Part shown: piece after piece, positions 9,300-18,350 of the stretch
Numbering within the stretch: the stretch's first letter is position 1
Layout of the letters: every line of letters begins with the position of its first letter
Assembly (NCBI GenBank): GCA_003104935.1
Contig: PQAE01000005.1
Span: forward strand, 2,034-66,033
Length of the DNA: 64,000 nt
Direction: 5' to 3'
Origin: Parcubacteria group bacterium
Lineage (GTDB): Bacteria; Patescibacteriota; Patescibacteriia; UBA1558; GWA2-36-10
The notes under the pieces: model-generated
The model's database searches: none
What the model was told of the DNA's origin: nothing
The model's input: the letters and a program-made list of their open reading frames with translations, nothing else
Translations under genes and position numbers: made by a program

Positions 9300-11891
9300 C
9301 TATTGAGCAATTTCCTCAGCCTTAGCAAAACTAACCGACAACAACTCGGACACGCCATCACTACCCATGGTCACGCCATAGATAATTTTAGCCTTATGCA
9401 TAGTGGCGCGGTTATGGGTGATGGCGATAAACTGGGTCTTGCTAGATAGTTCGTCTAATATTTCTCCGAAGCGAACAGAATTGGCTTCATCCAAAGCTGC
9501 GTCAACTTCATCTAATACTACAAAGGGCGAGGGATTGTTGGCAATAATCGCACAAATCAAGGCGATGGAAGTCAAAGCTTTTTCTCCTCCGGAAAGCATA
9601 TTGATACTAGACAGCCTCTTGCCCGGTGGCGTGGCTTTAATATCAATGCCGTAGGACCGAGTAATTTTGACTTCTTTCTTTGCATTATTTTCTTCCTTTT
9701 CCTCCTCATCGTCCTCAGCCTCGCCCCCCGCCATTACACCCTCCGGCTCCAACTCCTCCCGGTTTTCAATAATATTCAGAATCAACTCGGCTTTGCCACC
9801 ACTAAAAAGCTTTTTGAAATATTTATCGAAAAGCTTGTTTATGTTTTTGAAAGCCGAATCAAATTGTCCGGCAATGGACTCGTCTAGATCCTTAATTATT
9901 TTTTCTAAGTGTTCGATGGCTTGGTGCAAATCGTCGCTCTGGCTACGTAGAAAACTGTAACGTTCGTCCACCTCTTGATACTCTACTACGACCGCCTGGT
10001 CAATACCGCCGATAATGTGCAATTGGTCTTTGAGGCTATTAATTTTTTCTTTGGCCTGGCCGCTGTCCAGAACTTGTGCTCCTTCTTTAATTAACAAATT
10101 CGGAATTTCTTCTGCTATTTCCTTGGCTAGGTCTTCCTGCCTGGTTTCCAGGCGCGCTAATTCTACTTTTACTTCGTTAAGCGCATTATTTTTTGTATTA
10201 AAGTCCTGCTGTAATTCACGAAATTTTCTTTGCGCTTCCATTAAGGCGCTTTTCTTGTTCTGTTCAACTTCATTAAAATCCTGGATTTCTTTTTCGATCT
10301 TGGCTAGCTCCGCTGTATGCACCTTGATCTGATGATTAATACCGCCCAGCTGTTCGCGAAAGCCGCTCTGAGTAGTATCGTGCTCCAAATTAACACTGAG
10401 TTTATTTAATTCGTCTTTCTCTTTATCAATGTTATTTTGGATCTGCTGACTCTCACTCTGTAGTATGGCCACCTGAGTACGCGCCTCGCTAATTTCAGAA
10501 ACCAGATTATCCTTGGCCATGAGCAAGGTATTAAACTCCTTTTGCCAGGCTATTTTATCCTTATGTTTCGAGCGATGTAATTTGTCCCCCAAAGTATCCA
10601 GTTCAGCCGTGATTTGACCGCAGGTCTCGCGCAAGCGGGGAAGTCCCTCCAGACTGGCCAGATTAGTCAAAATGTCCTGAAAACTTTTTTGTTTTTTAAG
10701 TAAGGTATCGATACTTTGCGATATTTCCGCTACGGAAAAGTCGGTCTCATCGTCGGAAAGTAATTTTTCTAAAGCCTCAAACTCTTCCAATATCTTGCGC
10801 CGTCTTTCTTCCAAAATCACCAACTCGCTACTGGCCGTCTTCAATACCTGGTTTTTTTCTTCTAGTTGGAGCTGGTACTTACCGATATCGGTTTTGACGT
10901 TTTCGATTTGCTTTTTCAGCCAAACGATGTCGCTCTTGCCCTCAGCGACCAGCTTGAGATCCGCCCGACCCTCCAAAATAGTTTTTTCTTTGATAAAGGC
11001 GTTTAATTCTTTCTGGGACTGACTTAGCTTGGCCTGTAACAAGCTGAAATTATCCTGACGGGAAGAGGATTTTTCTTCTTTGTCGAGTTGTGTCTGTAGG
11101 GAGACTAATTTTTGATTGAGGTCCGCCAGCTCCTCTTTTAATTTACTGTGCCTAGCCCGACTCAGGCCGATGTCGTAAGTTAAATTATTGCTTAAAAAAC
11201 TATAATAATCGGTTTGCAACTGACGCAATTCTGTTTCTATTTTGTCGCGACGCTCCAGGCGCTTGACCTGTCTAGTCAGACTGCGTAGACGCGGTTCCAA
11301 CTCCGTCAAAATCTGTTCAGTTTGCAACAAATTCTCCTTGGAGTGCTCTAACTTGCTGACCGACTGCTCTTTTTTGATCTGAAATTGTTTGACGCCAGTG
11401 GCCTCGTCGAAAAATTCTTTTCTTTCCGCCGAGGACGAGGTGAGGATGGAATCGATCATGCCCTGACCGATGACGCTATAGGTCTTTTGGCCGAAGTTAG
11501 CCTTGGCCAAGAGCAATTGCACATCCAGCAAGCGAACTTTATTGTTATTAATCAGATATTCGCTTTCACCGCTCCGGTTTATTTTTCTGGTAACTACTAT
11601 TTGTTCGTAGTCAACGTCGGCCAACTTATCGATGTTGTTTAAATATAAGTCAACCTGGGCAAAACCTAAGCGGGCTTTCTGATCCGAACCGGCAAAAATC
11701 ACATCTTCCGATTTTTTACCGCGTAGGGTCTTGATACTTTGCTCGCCCAGAACCCAGCGCACAGCGTCGGCAATGTTTGATTTGCCAGAACCATTAGGGC
11801 CGACGATACTAGTCAGTTCACGGTTAAAAGCCAGCTCAACCGGCCGGGCAAAGGACTTAAAACCTTGAATTTCTAAGCGTTCTAGATACAT
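9300..11891 (-). CDS. smc: chromosome segregation protein SMC, short form
   Basis: N-terminus MYLERLEIQGFKSF...GPNGSGKSN (Walker A). C-terminal LSGGEKALTSIAL signature and VVLDEVDAALD Walker B. The long internal coiled coil is shortened (863 aa) with no obvious hinge consensus. Confidence 0.88.
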   Translation of the reverse strand: MYLERLEIQGFKSFARPVELAFNRELTSIVGPNGSGKSNIADAVRWVLGEQSIKTLRGKKSEDVIFAGSDQKARLGFAQVDLYLNNIDKLADVDYEQIVVTRKINRSGESEYLINNNKVRLLDVQLLLAKANFGQKTYSVIGQGMIDSILTSSSAERKEFFDEATGVKQFQIKKEQSVSKLEHSKENLLQTEQILTELEPRLRSLTRQVKRLERRDKIETELRQLQTDYYSFLSNNLTYDIGLSRARHSKLKEELADLNQKLVSLQTQLDKEEKSSSRQDNFSLLQAKLSQSQKELNAFIKEKTILEGRADLKLVAEGKSDIVWLKKQIENVKTDIGKYQLQLEEKNQVLKTASSELVILEERRRKILEEFEALEKLLSDDETDFSVAEISQSIDTLLKKQKSFQDILTNLASLEGLPRLRETCGQITAELDTLGDKLHRSKHKDKIAWQKEFNTLLMAKDNLVSEISEARTQVAILQSESQQIQNNIDKEKDELNKLSVNLEHDTTQSGFREQLGGINHQIKVHTAELAKIEKEIQDFNEVEQNKKSALMEAQRKFRELQQDFNTKNNALNEVKVELARLETRQEDLAKEIAEEIPNLLIKEGAQVLDSGQAKEKINSLKDQLHIIGGIDQAVVVEYQEVDERYSFLRSQSDDLHQAIEHLEKIIKDLDESIAGQFDSAFKNINKLFDKYFKKLFSGGKAELILNIIENREELEPEGVMAGGEAEDDEEEKEENNAKKEVKITRSYGIDIKATPPGKRLSSINMLSGGEKALTSIALICAIIANNPSPFVVLDEVDAALDEANSVRFGEILDELSSKTQFIAITHNRATMHKAKIIYGVTMGSDGVSELLSVSFAKAEEIAQ

Positions 11892-12087
11892 ATTAAAAAA
11901 TGGTCCCGAAAGACCTATTTATTTTAGCATATTTTCTTATATTAGATAAGTAATTTGGCTTTTACGTACTATTGACAAATATTTATAAACATGCTATTAT
12001 CGTATATTATTCTTAGTTACTTCAATTTCTCGAAGACTTCCGAGTGTCGAAAAGTTCGACATTGTACCTAAAGGGGGTGTAAATAAT

Positions 12088-12345
12088 TTGAGTATCTTTT
12101 TGGTACTCCAACACGTGGGTGCCCAAGCCAAATCCTGCCTCACAAGTACAGGGGAGGTTCATCATCCCCAGGGAGGACTGGAAGGAGGAGTTGGAGGAAA
12201 TGGCCACGATACTTGCTGCCATTGTCTGGTCATCCGGCGTGAGACCTACAAAACTCGCGCCGAGGCCAATGCAAGGGCAGAGGAGCTGAACAAAGAAAAC
12301 CCCAAAGACTACTGCTGGTCTTTGGAGGTAGAATCACCGGAGTAA
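12088..12345 (+). CDS. small Cys-rich hypothetical protein (TTG start) in a GC-rich islet
   Basis: TTGACA-17-TATTAT promoter at 11972-12000. RBS aaaggggg 8 nt upstream of the TTG. Strong intrinsic terminator immediately after the stop. CCHC motif. Confidence 0.45.
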   Translation: MSIFLVLQHVGAQAKSCLTSTGEVHHPQGGLEGGVGGNGHDTCCHCLVIRRETYKTRAEANARAEELNKENPKDYCWSLEVESPE

Positions 12346-12360
12346 AACCCGGCGATTAAA

Positions 12361-12394
12361 AACCCCCGCAACGTCACAGACGTTCGCGGGGGTT
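12361..12394. terminator. intrinsic terminator, bidirectional (cccccgcaacgtc-aca-gacgttcgcggggg flanked by A and T tracts)
   Basis: Long GC stem between convergent genes (12088-12345 plus strand, rnc minus strand). Confidence 0.7.
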
Positions 12395-12408
12395 TTCAAT
12401 TTATCAAA

Positions 12409-13116
12409 TTAGCTATTCCAGTGTTTAACTTTAAGGGCATTGGCCGCGGCCACACTTTGGGCCTCTTGTTTGCTATAACCATCGCCCTCGGCCACCAATT
12501 CCTTATCCAGATAAACCCCGACGGTAAATTTCTTTTTATGGTCCGGCCCAATCTCCGACAAAACCTTGTAGCGCGGAGTGACGCCGATTGTTTCCTGGGC
12601 TTTTTCCTGAAACATGCTCTTGGAATCAATATAGGTGCGCTCGGCGATTATCTTCGGCAACTGGATTAATAATTTTTTTTCTATAAAATCCTCGGCTTCG
12701 TTAAAACCGCGGTCCAAATAGATAGCACCGACGATCGCCTCAAGGGCATTAGCTAAAATATAATTACGCGCTTTCTTGTTTGAATCCTGAGATTCCCCCT
12801 TACTCATGTACATATAATCATAAACGCTCAGAGTTTCGGCTAACTGCGCCAGCCTTTCGCCGTTGACCAAAGAAGAGCGCCAGTTAGTCAGGACTCCTTC
12901 GGCTTCTTTGTATTTTTTATAGAGGTGAGTGGTGACGATGAGCTCGATCACGGCGTCGCCTAAAAACTCCAGCCTTTCGTTTTGTTCCAAGGGGAAACTC
13001 TTGTGTTCGTTCAAATAGGAACGATGCACTAGGGCCGTCCGCAACAGATCGGTATTTTTAAACCTGGTGCCTAGCTTTAGCTCTAAAACTTTCAGATCTT
13101 TTCTCATGCCTGTCAA
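12409..13116 (-). CDS. rnc: ribonuclease III
   Basis: 235 aa. RNase III signature ERLEFLGDAV, a second catalytic region and C-terminal dsRBD (KQEAQSVAAANAL). Confidence 0.9.
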   Translation of the reverse strand: MTGMRKDLKVLELKLGTRFKNTDLLRTALVHRSYLNEHKSFPLEQNERLEFLGDAVIELIVTTHLYKKYKEAEGVLTNWRSSLVNGERLAQLAETLSVYDYMYMSKGESQDSNKKARNYILANALEAIVGAIYLDRGFNEAEDFIEKKLLIQLPKIIAERTYIDSKSMFQEKAQETIGVTPRYKVLSEIGPDHKKKFTVGVYLDKELVAEGDGYSKQEAQSVAAANALKVKHWNS

Positions 13117-13118
13117 AA

Positions 13119-13985
13119 CTATTTATCAAGTCCTAATTTTTCCAAACCTTTGGCAAATATTTCCTTGGCGTTTTCATAGCCTAATTTCTCCAATACTTCC
13201 TGGCGACTAAACCAGCGTACATCCTTGAGCTCACTCGTCTGTGGCACCCGTAGTTCTTCGCTCATGGCTTTAACTAAGAAGTATTTGATCAATTTTCTAA
13301 AAGGCTTTTCATTAGGCCGGTGTACTTTAACCTCGGTTTCACCCAGATATTCTACTAATAGCATTTTTTCCAGGCCGGTTTCCTCTCGGATTTCACGCAA
13401 AGCGGCCTCTTCCGGGTTTTCCTCGCCGTCCACATGCCCTTTAGGAAAAGTCCACTTGTCATAGGCATCTAAAATTAGAACAAAATAGTAACCGTCTTCT
13501 CCCTGGCGATAAATTACGCCCCCAGCCGACACCTCTTTGATGCCCTGACTGGTGAGCGACTGTTTCTCACCCTGATTGATCATCTCTTTATAGATACTGC
13601 CCATCACGCCGTTGACAAATTTGCCGCTGGCGTCACCGCCAAACGCCTTGGCTAACTCGATAGCTTCGTTGATGGCGACTTTGGGTGGTATTTCGTCGCA
13701 CATTTTAAGCTCGTAGATGCCCAAACGCAAAACATTGCGATCGGTGGTAGTGATTTGATCTATCGGCCACTCCGGTGCAAAACGAGTAATTAGTCCGTCA
13801 ATGGTTTTAATATTTTTTATGACGTTTTTTACCAGCTCCAGTGAAAATCCCTGATCATCAAAATCCGGGGCAAATTCCTTTTTATTCTGCTCGATGATTT
13901 GTTCAATCTCTCTTTTGCCGTTATTAAAATCCCACTCATAGAGTGTCTGTAAAGCAATGGTACGAGCGAGGTGTCTATTGGCCAT
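13119..13985 (-). CDS. nusB: NusB antitermination factor fused to a C-terminal NUDIX hydrolase domain
   Basis: N-terminal about 140 aa NusB-like (MANRHLARTIALQTLYEWDF...). C-terminal half carries a canonical Nudix box GHVDGEENPEEAALREIREETGL. Single uninterrupted ORF. Confidence 0.8.
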   Translation of the reverse strand: MANRHLARTIALQTLYEWDFNNGKREIEQIIEQNKKEFAPDFDDQGFSLELVKNVIKNIKTIDGLITRFAPEWPIDQITTTDRNVLRLGIYELKMCDEIPPKVAINEAIELAKAFGGDASGKFVNGVMGSIYKEMINQGEKQSLTSQGIKEVSAGGVIYRQGEDGYYFVLILDAYDKWTFPKGHVDGEENPEEAALREIREETGLEKMLLVEYLGETEVKVHRPNEKPFRKLIKYFLVKAMSEELRVPQTSELKDVRWFSRQEVLEKLGYENAKEIFAKGLEKLGLDK

Positions 13986-14156
13986 TTATTTTACTGTTTT
14001 TTTGCCCTTAAAATATCCGCACTTGGAGCAGGCGCGATGCGGCAGTAGTGCCTGACCGCAATTAGAACATTTTACTAGCGCCTGTTTTTTGATCGCAAAG
14101 TGCGAGGCGCGGCGGCGAGCCGAGGCTTTGGTGCGACGTTGTGTAGGTGTACCCAT
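13986..14156 (-). CDS. rpmF: 50S ribosomal protein L32
   Basis: Hand-translated 56 aa: MGTPTQRRTKASARRRASHFAIKKQALVKCSNCGQALLPHRACSKCGYFKGKKTVK, with a CxxC...CxxC zinc ribbon. Not in the ORF track because it is under 60 aa. Confidence 0.85.
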   Translation of the reverse strand: MGTPTQRRTKASARRRASHFAIKKQALVKCSNCGQALLPHRACSKCGYFKGKKTVK

Positions 14157-14555
14157 AATCGTAAGTAAAAATTATTAAAAATGTGCTTCTGATTTTACTG
14201 GAAATAAAATTCTCAGTCAACCCTGTTAGAGAAAATAGAAATTTTCTCTAACAGGGTCAAGCCGTATTAATAAGTATAAAACGGTAAAAACTGTAATTAT
14301 TATACCAAAATATAGGGTCCTTGACAACCTTAAAAAAATATGATAGTATACGTGGTCTAAGGTAAGGGTTTAAAATCTGACAAATTCTTAGTGTTTACAG
14401 CCAACTGTGTCCACGACAAGCATGGGGATCATTTGTCTGATCAAATTCGGCTCCGGCTAAATTTTTTCAATAAATGGTTTTCTTGGGCACAGTTGATTGC
14501 AAACACTCCTGTCGTGTCAGGCGCGACAGGTTTTTTATTTCCTTTTATTTTTTTA

Positions 14556-16394
14556 TTAGAGGGCGGGGGTACTGGTGCTGTTTTGCTCCAGCAATAATTC
14601 TTCTTCCGTCACTCCTAACAAACACACTTCCTGCCAGGGAACATAATGGCTATAAAAAATTTCTTCCCGCGGTTCATTTTCTCCGGGATATTGCACGGTA
14701 TAGGTAAACTTGGCATCAGCCCCGTTGTGGGCGGATTCGGTGCATTTTGTTTTACCGACCGGCAGGTCAATGGTCTTAACTATTTTCTTTTCCGGCGGAA
14801 CGACAATGTTATAAATTACCGGCTCAGTGGTCTGGGCGATCCGCCCGTCGGCTGTGCCCCAAAAATCAAAATATAATTTTGTTCCCTCGATCCTAGTTTG
14901 AATCAAAATATATTTACCAGTATCATTTTTAAATTTCAGATCCGGCCAAGGATTATAAATAGTAGCATCCATTCCCGCGGGCTCATAATAACGCACCCGG
15001 TAAGAATGATTGCGCCGCTCTAATATCGGCAGACCGCTAGCCAATGCCCCGCGGAAAACGGTAGTGCCGATCTGACAGAGCCCGCCGCCAAACTCCGGAA
15101 TCGTCTTATTTCCTTTGATGACTAATTCCTGCAAATAACCGTGTTCGCCATCCACCTCACCCAAGGCTTTTAAGAGCGAGAACTCTTCCTCCGGGGTGAT
15201 CAAAATACCGTTCAGCGTCTTGGCGCCGATCTCAATATTATGAATTCTGTTGGGCGGACTACCTTTGAAATCCGATGTGCCCGTACCCAATAGACCCACT
15301 ATCCCCAACTGATTAACATCCTGGTTTTGTAAGGTTGATTTTACGATAGTCACCGCTAAATCAATCGACAGAGGCGGATTGGCTACCTTTAGTTTTTCAA
15401 GCCGATTAATGTTTTCCGCCCAATCTAGGGACCGGCCGTCTTGGCTGGCGACAAACTCGGTGACTCGGTTATCCGCCAGCTGAAATTTAGCTTCTTGTAC
15501 TGGTTTCTCCACGACGGACTTAATATTATTTCTCTCCAAATAATCTTTAAAAGCGTCTTCCGCAAAACCAAGTAGTGGCCGGTTACTATCGGCCCTAACT
15601 ACCAGCCACTGGCGCCAAGTAGTGGCCGGCACCGTCCATTTTTGATCATTGTATAGCAGAGTCAAGTCTCCCTGACCGATAAAACTTTCTATCTGGCTCT
15701 GGAGTGACCGGATCATAGCAGCGCTGACGGTAGGATAAGCGTTTATAATTTGGACGTCAATATCGGTATTATCTAGCCTTTCAATAATTCTTTGGGTATC
15801 GTCCAGGGCTTTTTTAAAATTGATTGACTGGCCAGATTTTTCCGTATTTATTTTTAGGCTATCACCGACAAACTCAAAAGTGGCATCCTCTTCGGCAATC
15901 AAGGTATCACTAAAATTTTGTTGGAGTATTTCTGCCTGGCGGGCGCGGTGCCAGTCATAACCCAGTGGAAAGTTTTCTCCCTGAGCCAATATTTTTATTT
16001 TCTTCCAAAGAGCCATGGGGTTTTTGGTTTGTTCAAAGGATAAGATATAACCCAAGGTGCCGTCTACATCCCAACGCACTAACTCATAAGAAGCATCAGG
16101 CGAATCCACCGCCTGCAGATTTGGATTAATGGTAACAGTCTTAACCTCACTCCTATAAACAAATCCACGCCGGCGCACAAAATCCAATCGCTTGTCTATT
16201 TTGGCCTTGGCGTCTTCTAAGCTCAGGCCACTGATATCAACGCCGGCTACTCTCGTGCCGCGCAAAAACTTGTCCACATAGATACTACTGATGGCAATAT
16301 TGGACAGAAAGAAAATCAGAAGACATAGAACAAAAATGATTGTTAAATATAACAACCACTTTACTACCCTGAGTGTTTTTAGCTTAGCTAACAT
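14556..16394 (-). CDS. VanW-family protein with N-terminal TM anchor
   Basis: 612 aa. C-terminal region has the VanW signature (GGGLCQIGTTVFRGALASGLPILERRNHSYRV). Single N-terminal TM helix. Confidence 0.75.
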   Translation of the reverse strand: MLAKLKTLRVVKWLLYLTIIFVLCLLIFFLSNIAISSIYVDKFLRGTRVAGVDISGLSLEDAKAKIDKRLDFVRRRGFVYRSEVKTVTINPNLQAVDSPDASYELVRWDVDGTLGYILSFEQTKNPMALWKKIKILAQGENFPLGYDWHRARQAEILQQNFSDTLIAEEDATFEFVGDSLKINTEKSGQSINFKKALDDTQRIIERLDNTDIDVQIINAYPTVSAAMIRSLQSQIESFIGQGDLTLLYNDQKWTVPATTWRQWLVVRADSNRPLLGFAEDAFKDYLERNNIKSVVEKPVQEAKFQLADNRVTEFVASQDGRSLDWAENINRLEKLKVANPPLSIDLAVTIVKSTLQNQDVNQLGIVGLLGTGTSDFKGSPPNRIHNIEIGAKTLNGILITPEEEFSLLKALGEVDGEHGYLQELVIKGNKTIPEFGGGLCQIGTTVFRGALASGLPILERRNHSYRVRYYEPAGMDATIYNPWPDLKFKNDTGKYILIQTRIEGTKLYFDFWGTADGRIAQTTEPVIYNIVVPPEKKIVKTIDLPVGKTKCTESAHNGADAKFTYTVQYPGENEPREEIFYSHYVPWQEVCLLGVTEEELLLEQNSTSTPAL

Positions 16395-16398
16395 CGGA

Positions 16399-16626
16399 TT
16401 ATTTATCTTTCTCTGGATTTAATAATTTGTTGAGTATCTCTTTTTTATCCTCGTCGCGAGAAACCAGCGGTTCCTGGTCCAAGGCCAGATATATCGGTTG
16501 GTGATTGTCTTCAAAATTATCCAAAAGAAAAGCGTCCACTAGTACCTCCGCGCCGTTTTCAGTTTTAAAAATCGCCTTATTGTCCTGGCGGCCGCTATAA
16601 TTTAATTTTAAATTTTTTATTATCAT
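16399..16626 (-). CDS. hypothetical small acidic protein
   Basis: 75 aa ORF directly downstream of the Hsp20 gene on the same strand. No motif. Confidence 0.4.
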   Translation of the reverse strand: MIIKNLKLNYSGRQDNKAIFKTENGAEVLVDAFLLDNFEDNHQPIYLALDQEPLVSRDEDKKEILNKLLNPEKDK

Positions 16627-16628
16627 CT

Positions 16629-17051
16629 TTAATTTTCATCCTTAACCTTAATATTTGACTCTTTGTGGCTCTTTATTTTAGGTAAAGTAATGGTTAGTAC
16701 GCCATTACGGATAGTCGCCTCTATCTTTTCACTATCTACCTCCACCGGTAAAATAATGGAACGGGAAAAACTGCCCCAATAACACTCCTGATAAAAATAA
16801 TCATCCTCGTGCACTCGCTTATCCTGATGTCGCTTGCCGCGAATGGTGATCATATCATTATCAAAACTGATATCAATATCCTCCGGTTCGACGCCGGCGA
16901 TAGTGGACTTGATAATCACACTTTCCCGATCCTGGTAAACATCCACGGAGAGCTGCCCTTCTTCTTCCAGATCAGTATCTTCCTCGCGTCCATTCGGCCG
17001 CAGATCTTGTTCCTCGACGAGATTAATATCTTTTTTGTTTTTGTGAGACAT
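16629..17051 (-). CDS. Hsp20/alpha-crystallin family small heat-shock protein
   Basis: 140 aa. The alpha-crystallin domain pattern (VDVYQDRESVIIKSTIAGVEPEDIDISFDNDMITIRGKR...IATIRNGVLTITLPK) is characteristic. Confidence 0.85.
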   Translation of the reverse strand: MSHKNKKDINLVEEQDLRPNGREEDTDLEEEGQLSVDVYQDRESVIIKSTIAGVEPEDIDISFDNDMITIRGKRHQDKRVHEDDYFYQECYWGSFSRSIILPVEVDSEKIEATIRNGVLTITLPKIKSHKESNIKVKDEN

Positions 17052-17203
17052 TTTCAGATTTTTTTAGTCCTTAATTACCTATATTATAGGATTTACTGGG
17101 AGATTTGTAAAGAAAAAACTAAATAAAAAAACGCCACTGAAATCTGAGGTGTTTTTTTAATGATGGATCCGTTTCCGCTGGGCAATAAAGCCTCCATGGT
17201 GAT

Positions 17204-17830
17204 TTATGATTTAGCTATTATTGATGGTAAATCGGAAAATAAATTTGTTTGTTTATCCGCTCCTGCCACTTTATTTTTAGCATAAATTATTACCGACATG
17301 CCTGCGGCTCGGGCGGCCTTAATATCATTTTCTACATCTCCAATATAAACACATTCTTGCGGTTTAGTGCTTAATTTACTAGCCGCTAAAAGCAAAGGTT
17401 CCGGGTCGGGCTTGTGCTTAATAGTGTCTTCATAAGCTATAGCTACTCTAAAATAATTTTGCAAACGAGCTAATTGAGGTGCCTCATAAACACTGGCCCT
17501 GATGCGACTGGTGACGATGCCTAATAAATAATCTTTGTGCAGAATTTTTATGATCTCTTCTGCTCCTTCTGGTAGATTTAACAAACCAACCTCATAATCA
17601 ACTTCTCGGCTCTCACCAATGTCAAAAACTCTTTTTATTTCCGCCTCAGAATTACTTTTGGTCAAGACCCTGATGGCATCATAGAGGCTCAAATGAAAAA
17701 AGCGAGGAAAATCCTCGCGACTAGGCGGCTGGTATCCCGTCTTTATCATTAAGTCTTGAAAAAATTTTAAATTCGCTTCAAAAGAATCTAACAATACTCC
17801 GTCGATGTCAAAAATAACTGCCTTAATCAT
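17204..17830 (-). CDS. HAD-superfamily hydrolase (beta-phosphoglucomutase/phosphatase-like)
   Basis: N-terminal HAD motif I (IKAVIFDIDGVLLDS), motif II (GIVTS), and C-terminal Asp motif (GDVENDIKAARAAG). Confidence 0.8.
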   Translation of the reverse strand: MIKAVIFDIDGVLLDSFEANLKFFQDLMIKTGYQPPSREDFPRFFHLSLYDAIRVLTKSNSEAEIKRVFDIGESREVDYEVGLLNLPEGAEEIIKILHKDYLLGIVTSRIRASVYEAPQLARLQNYFRVAIAYEDTIKHKPDPEPLLLAASKLSTKPQECVYIGDVENDIKAARAAGMSVIIYAKNKVAGADKQTNLFSDLPSIIAKS

Positions 17831-17866
17831 AATAAATATACAAAATATATAATCATTTTTTTATTA

Positions 17867-17978
17867 TGGTGGGTCCGATCCCGCCGCGGGCGGGATGACC
17901 TCTACAACCCCGTATATGGCGCTTCGCGCCACCACGGGGCACGTGTAAATGTGGTGCTCTCGGTACGACACCGCCACC
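17867..17978 (-). ncRNA. GC-rich tRNA-Val-related or tRNA-like structured element, non-canonical, with CCA encoded
   Basis: 112 nt at about 66% GC in an AT-rich spacer. Shares the 3'-terminal 12 nt tcggacccacca with the adjacent tRNA-Val. Has a Val-like anticodon arm (CCACATTTACA, anticodon UAC) interrupted by a 36-nt GC hairpin exactly at the 37/38 position. The acceptor stem does not pair canonically. Confidence 0.35.
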
Positions 17979-18024
17979 TAAAATATTTAATTATTAAGAT
18001 AGCAGGTTCAAAATGTATCCTCGC

Positions 18025-18101
18025 TGGTGGGTCCGAGAGGAGTCGAACCTCTGACCTCCACAATGTCAATGTGGCGCTCTAACCAACTGAGCTACGAACC
18101 C
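18025..18101 (-). tRNA. tRNA-Val (anticodon GAC), CCA encoded
   Basis: Manual cloverleaf: acceptor GGGTTCG/CGGACCC, D-arm GCTC-AGTTGGTTA-GAGC, anticodon stem CCACA/TGTGG with loop TTGACAT, T-arm AGAGG-TTCGACT-CCTCT, ACCA. Confidence 0.9.
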
Positions 18102-18350
18102 AGGCCCACCAATGAAAATGCTTTTTTAAAAAAACTCTACAATGCTCGCCCCGTAAAATTGACTCTGAGCAAAGCGAAGAGGAAATTTATACGGAGGCAA
18201 GATAGCGCTCCCTATCCACCGAAGCTTCTAGCCGTCGCGTGGCCGCTATGGCGTAGCACGGTAGCGTAGGCGGATAACCAGCTGCCTGCCCGCCGAAGCC
18301 CGGAGGGCGTAGGAGGGAGTTACACACCCACTAATTTATTTCACGCTGTA

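Noticed and set aside
9047-9449. ORFs 9047-9241 minus, 9057-9260 minus, and 9099-9449 plus
   Set aside because: Overlapping frames in the GC-rich islet. The plus ORF runs into the smc 3' end. Only short RBS-preceded micro-ORFs seem plausible, and those are noted in a finding.
9403-11642. Several plus-strand ORFs (83-105 aa) inside smc
   Set aside because: Antisense to a well-supported SMC gene; low-complexity Ser/Leu-rich translations.
17867-17978. Interpretation as 5S rRNA or SRP RNA
   Set aside because: No 5S loop C/helix IV consensus (CCGAAC, GAAGUGAAAC) and no SRP domain IV GGAA-tetraloop motif. Similarity is instead to the neighbouring tRNA-Val.
18027-18269. 80-aa plus-strand ORF
   Set aside because: Overlaps the tRNA-Val gene and the tRNA spacer; artefact.
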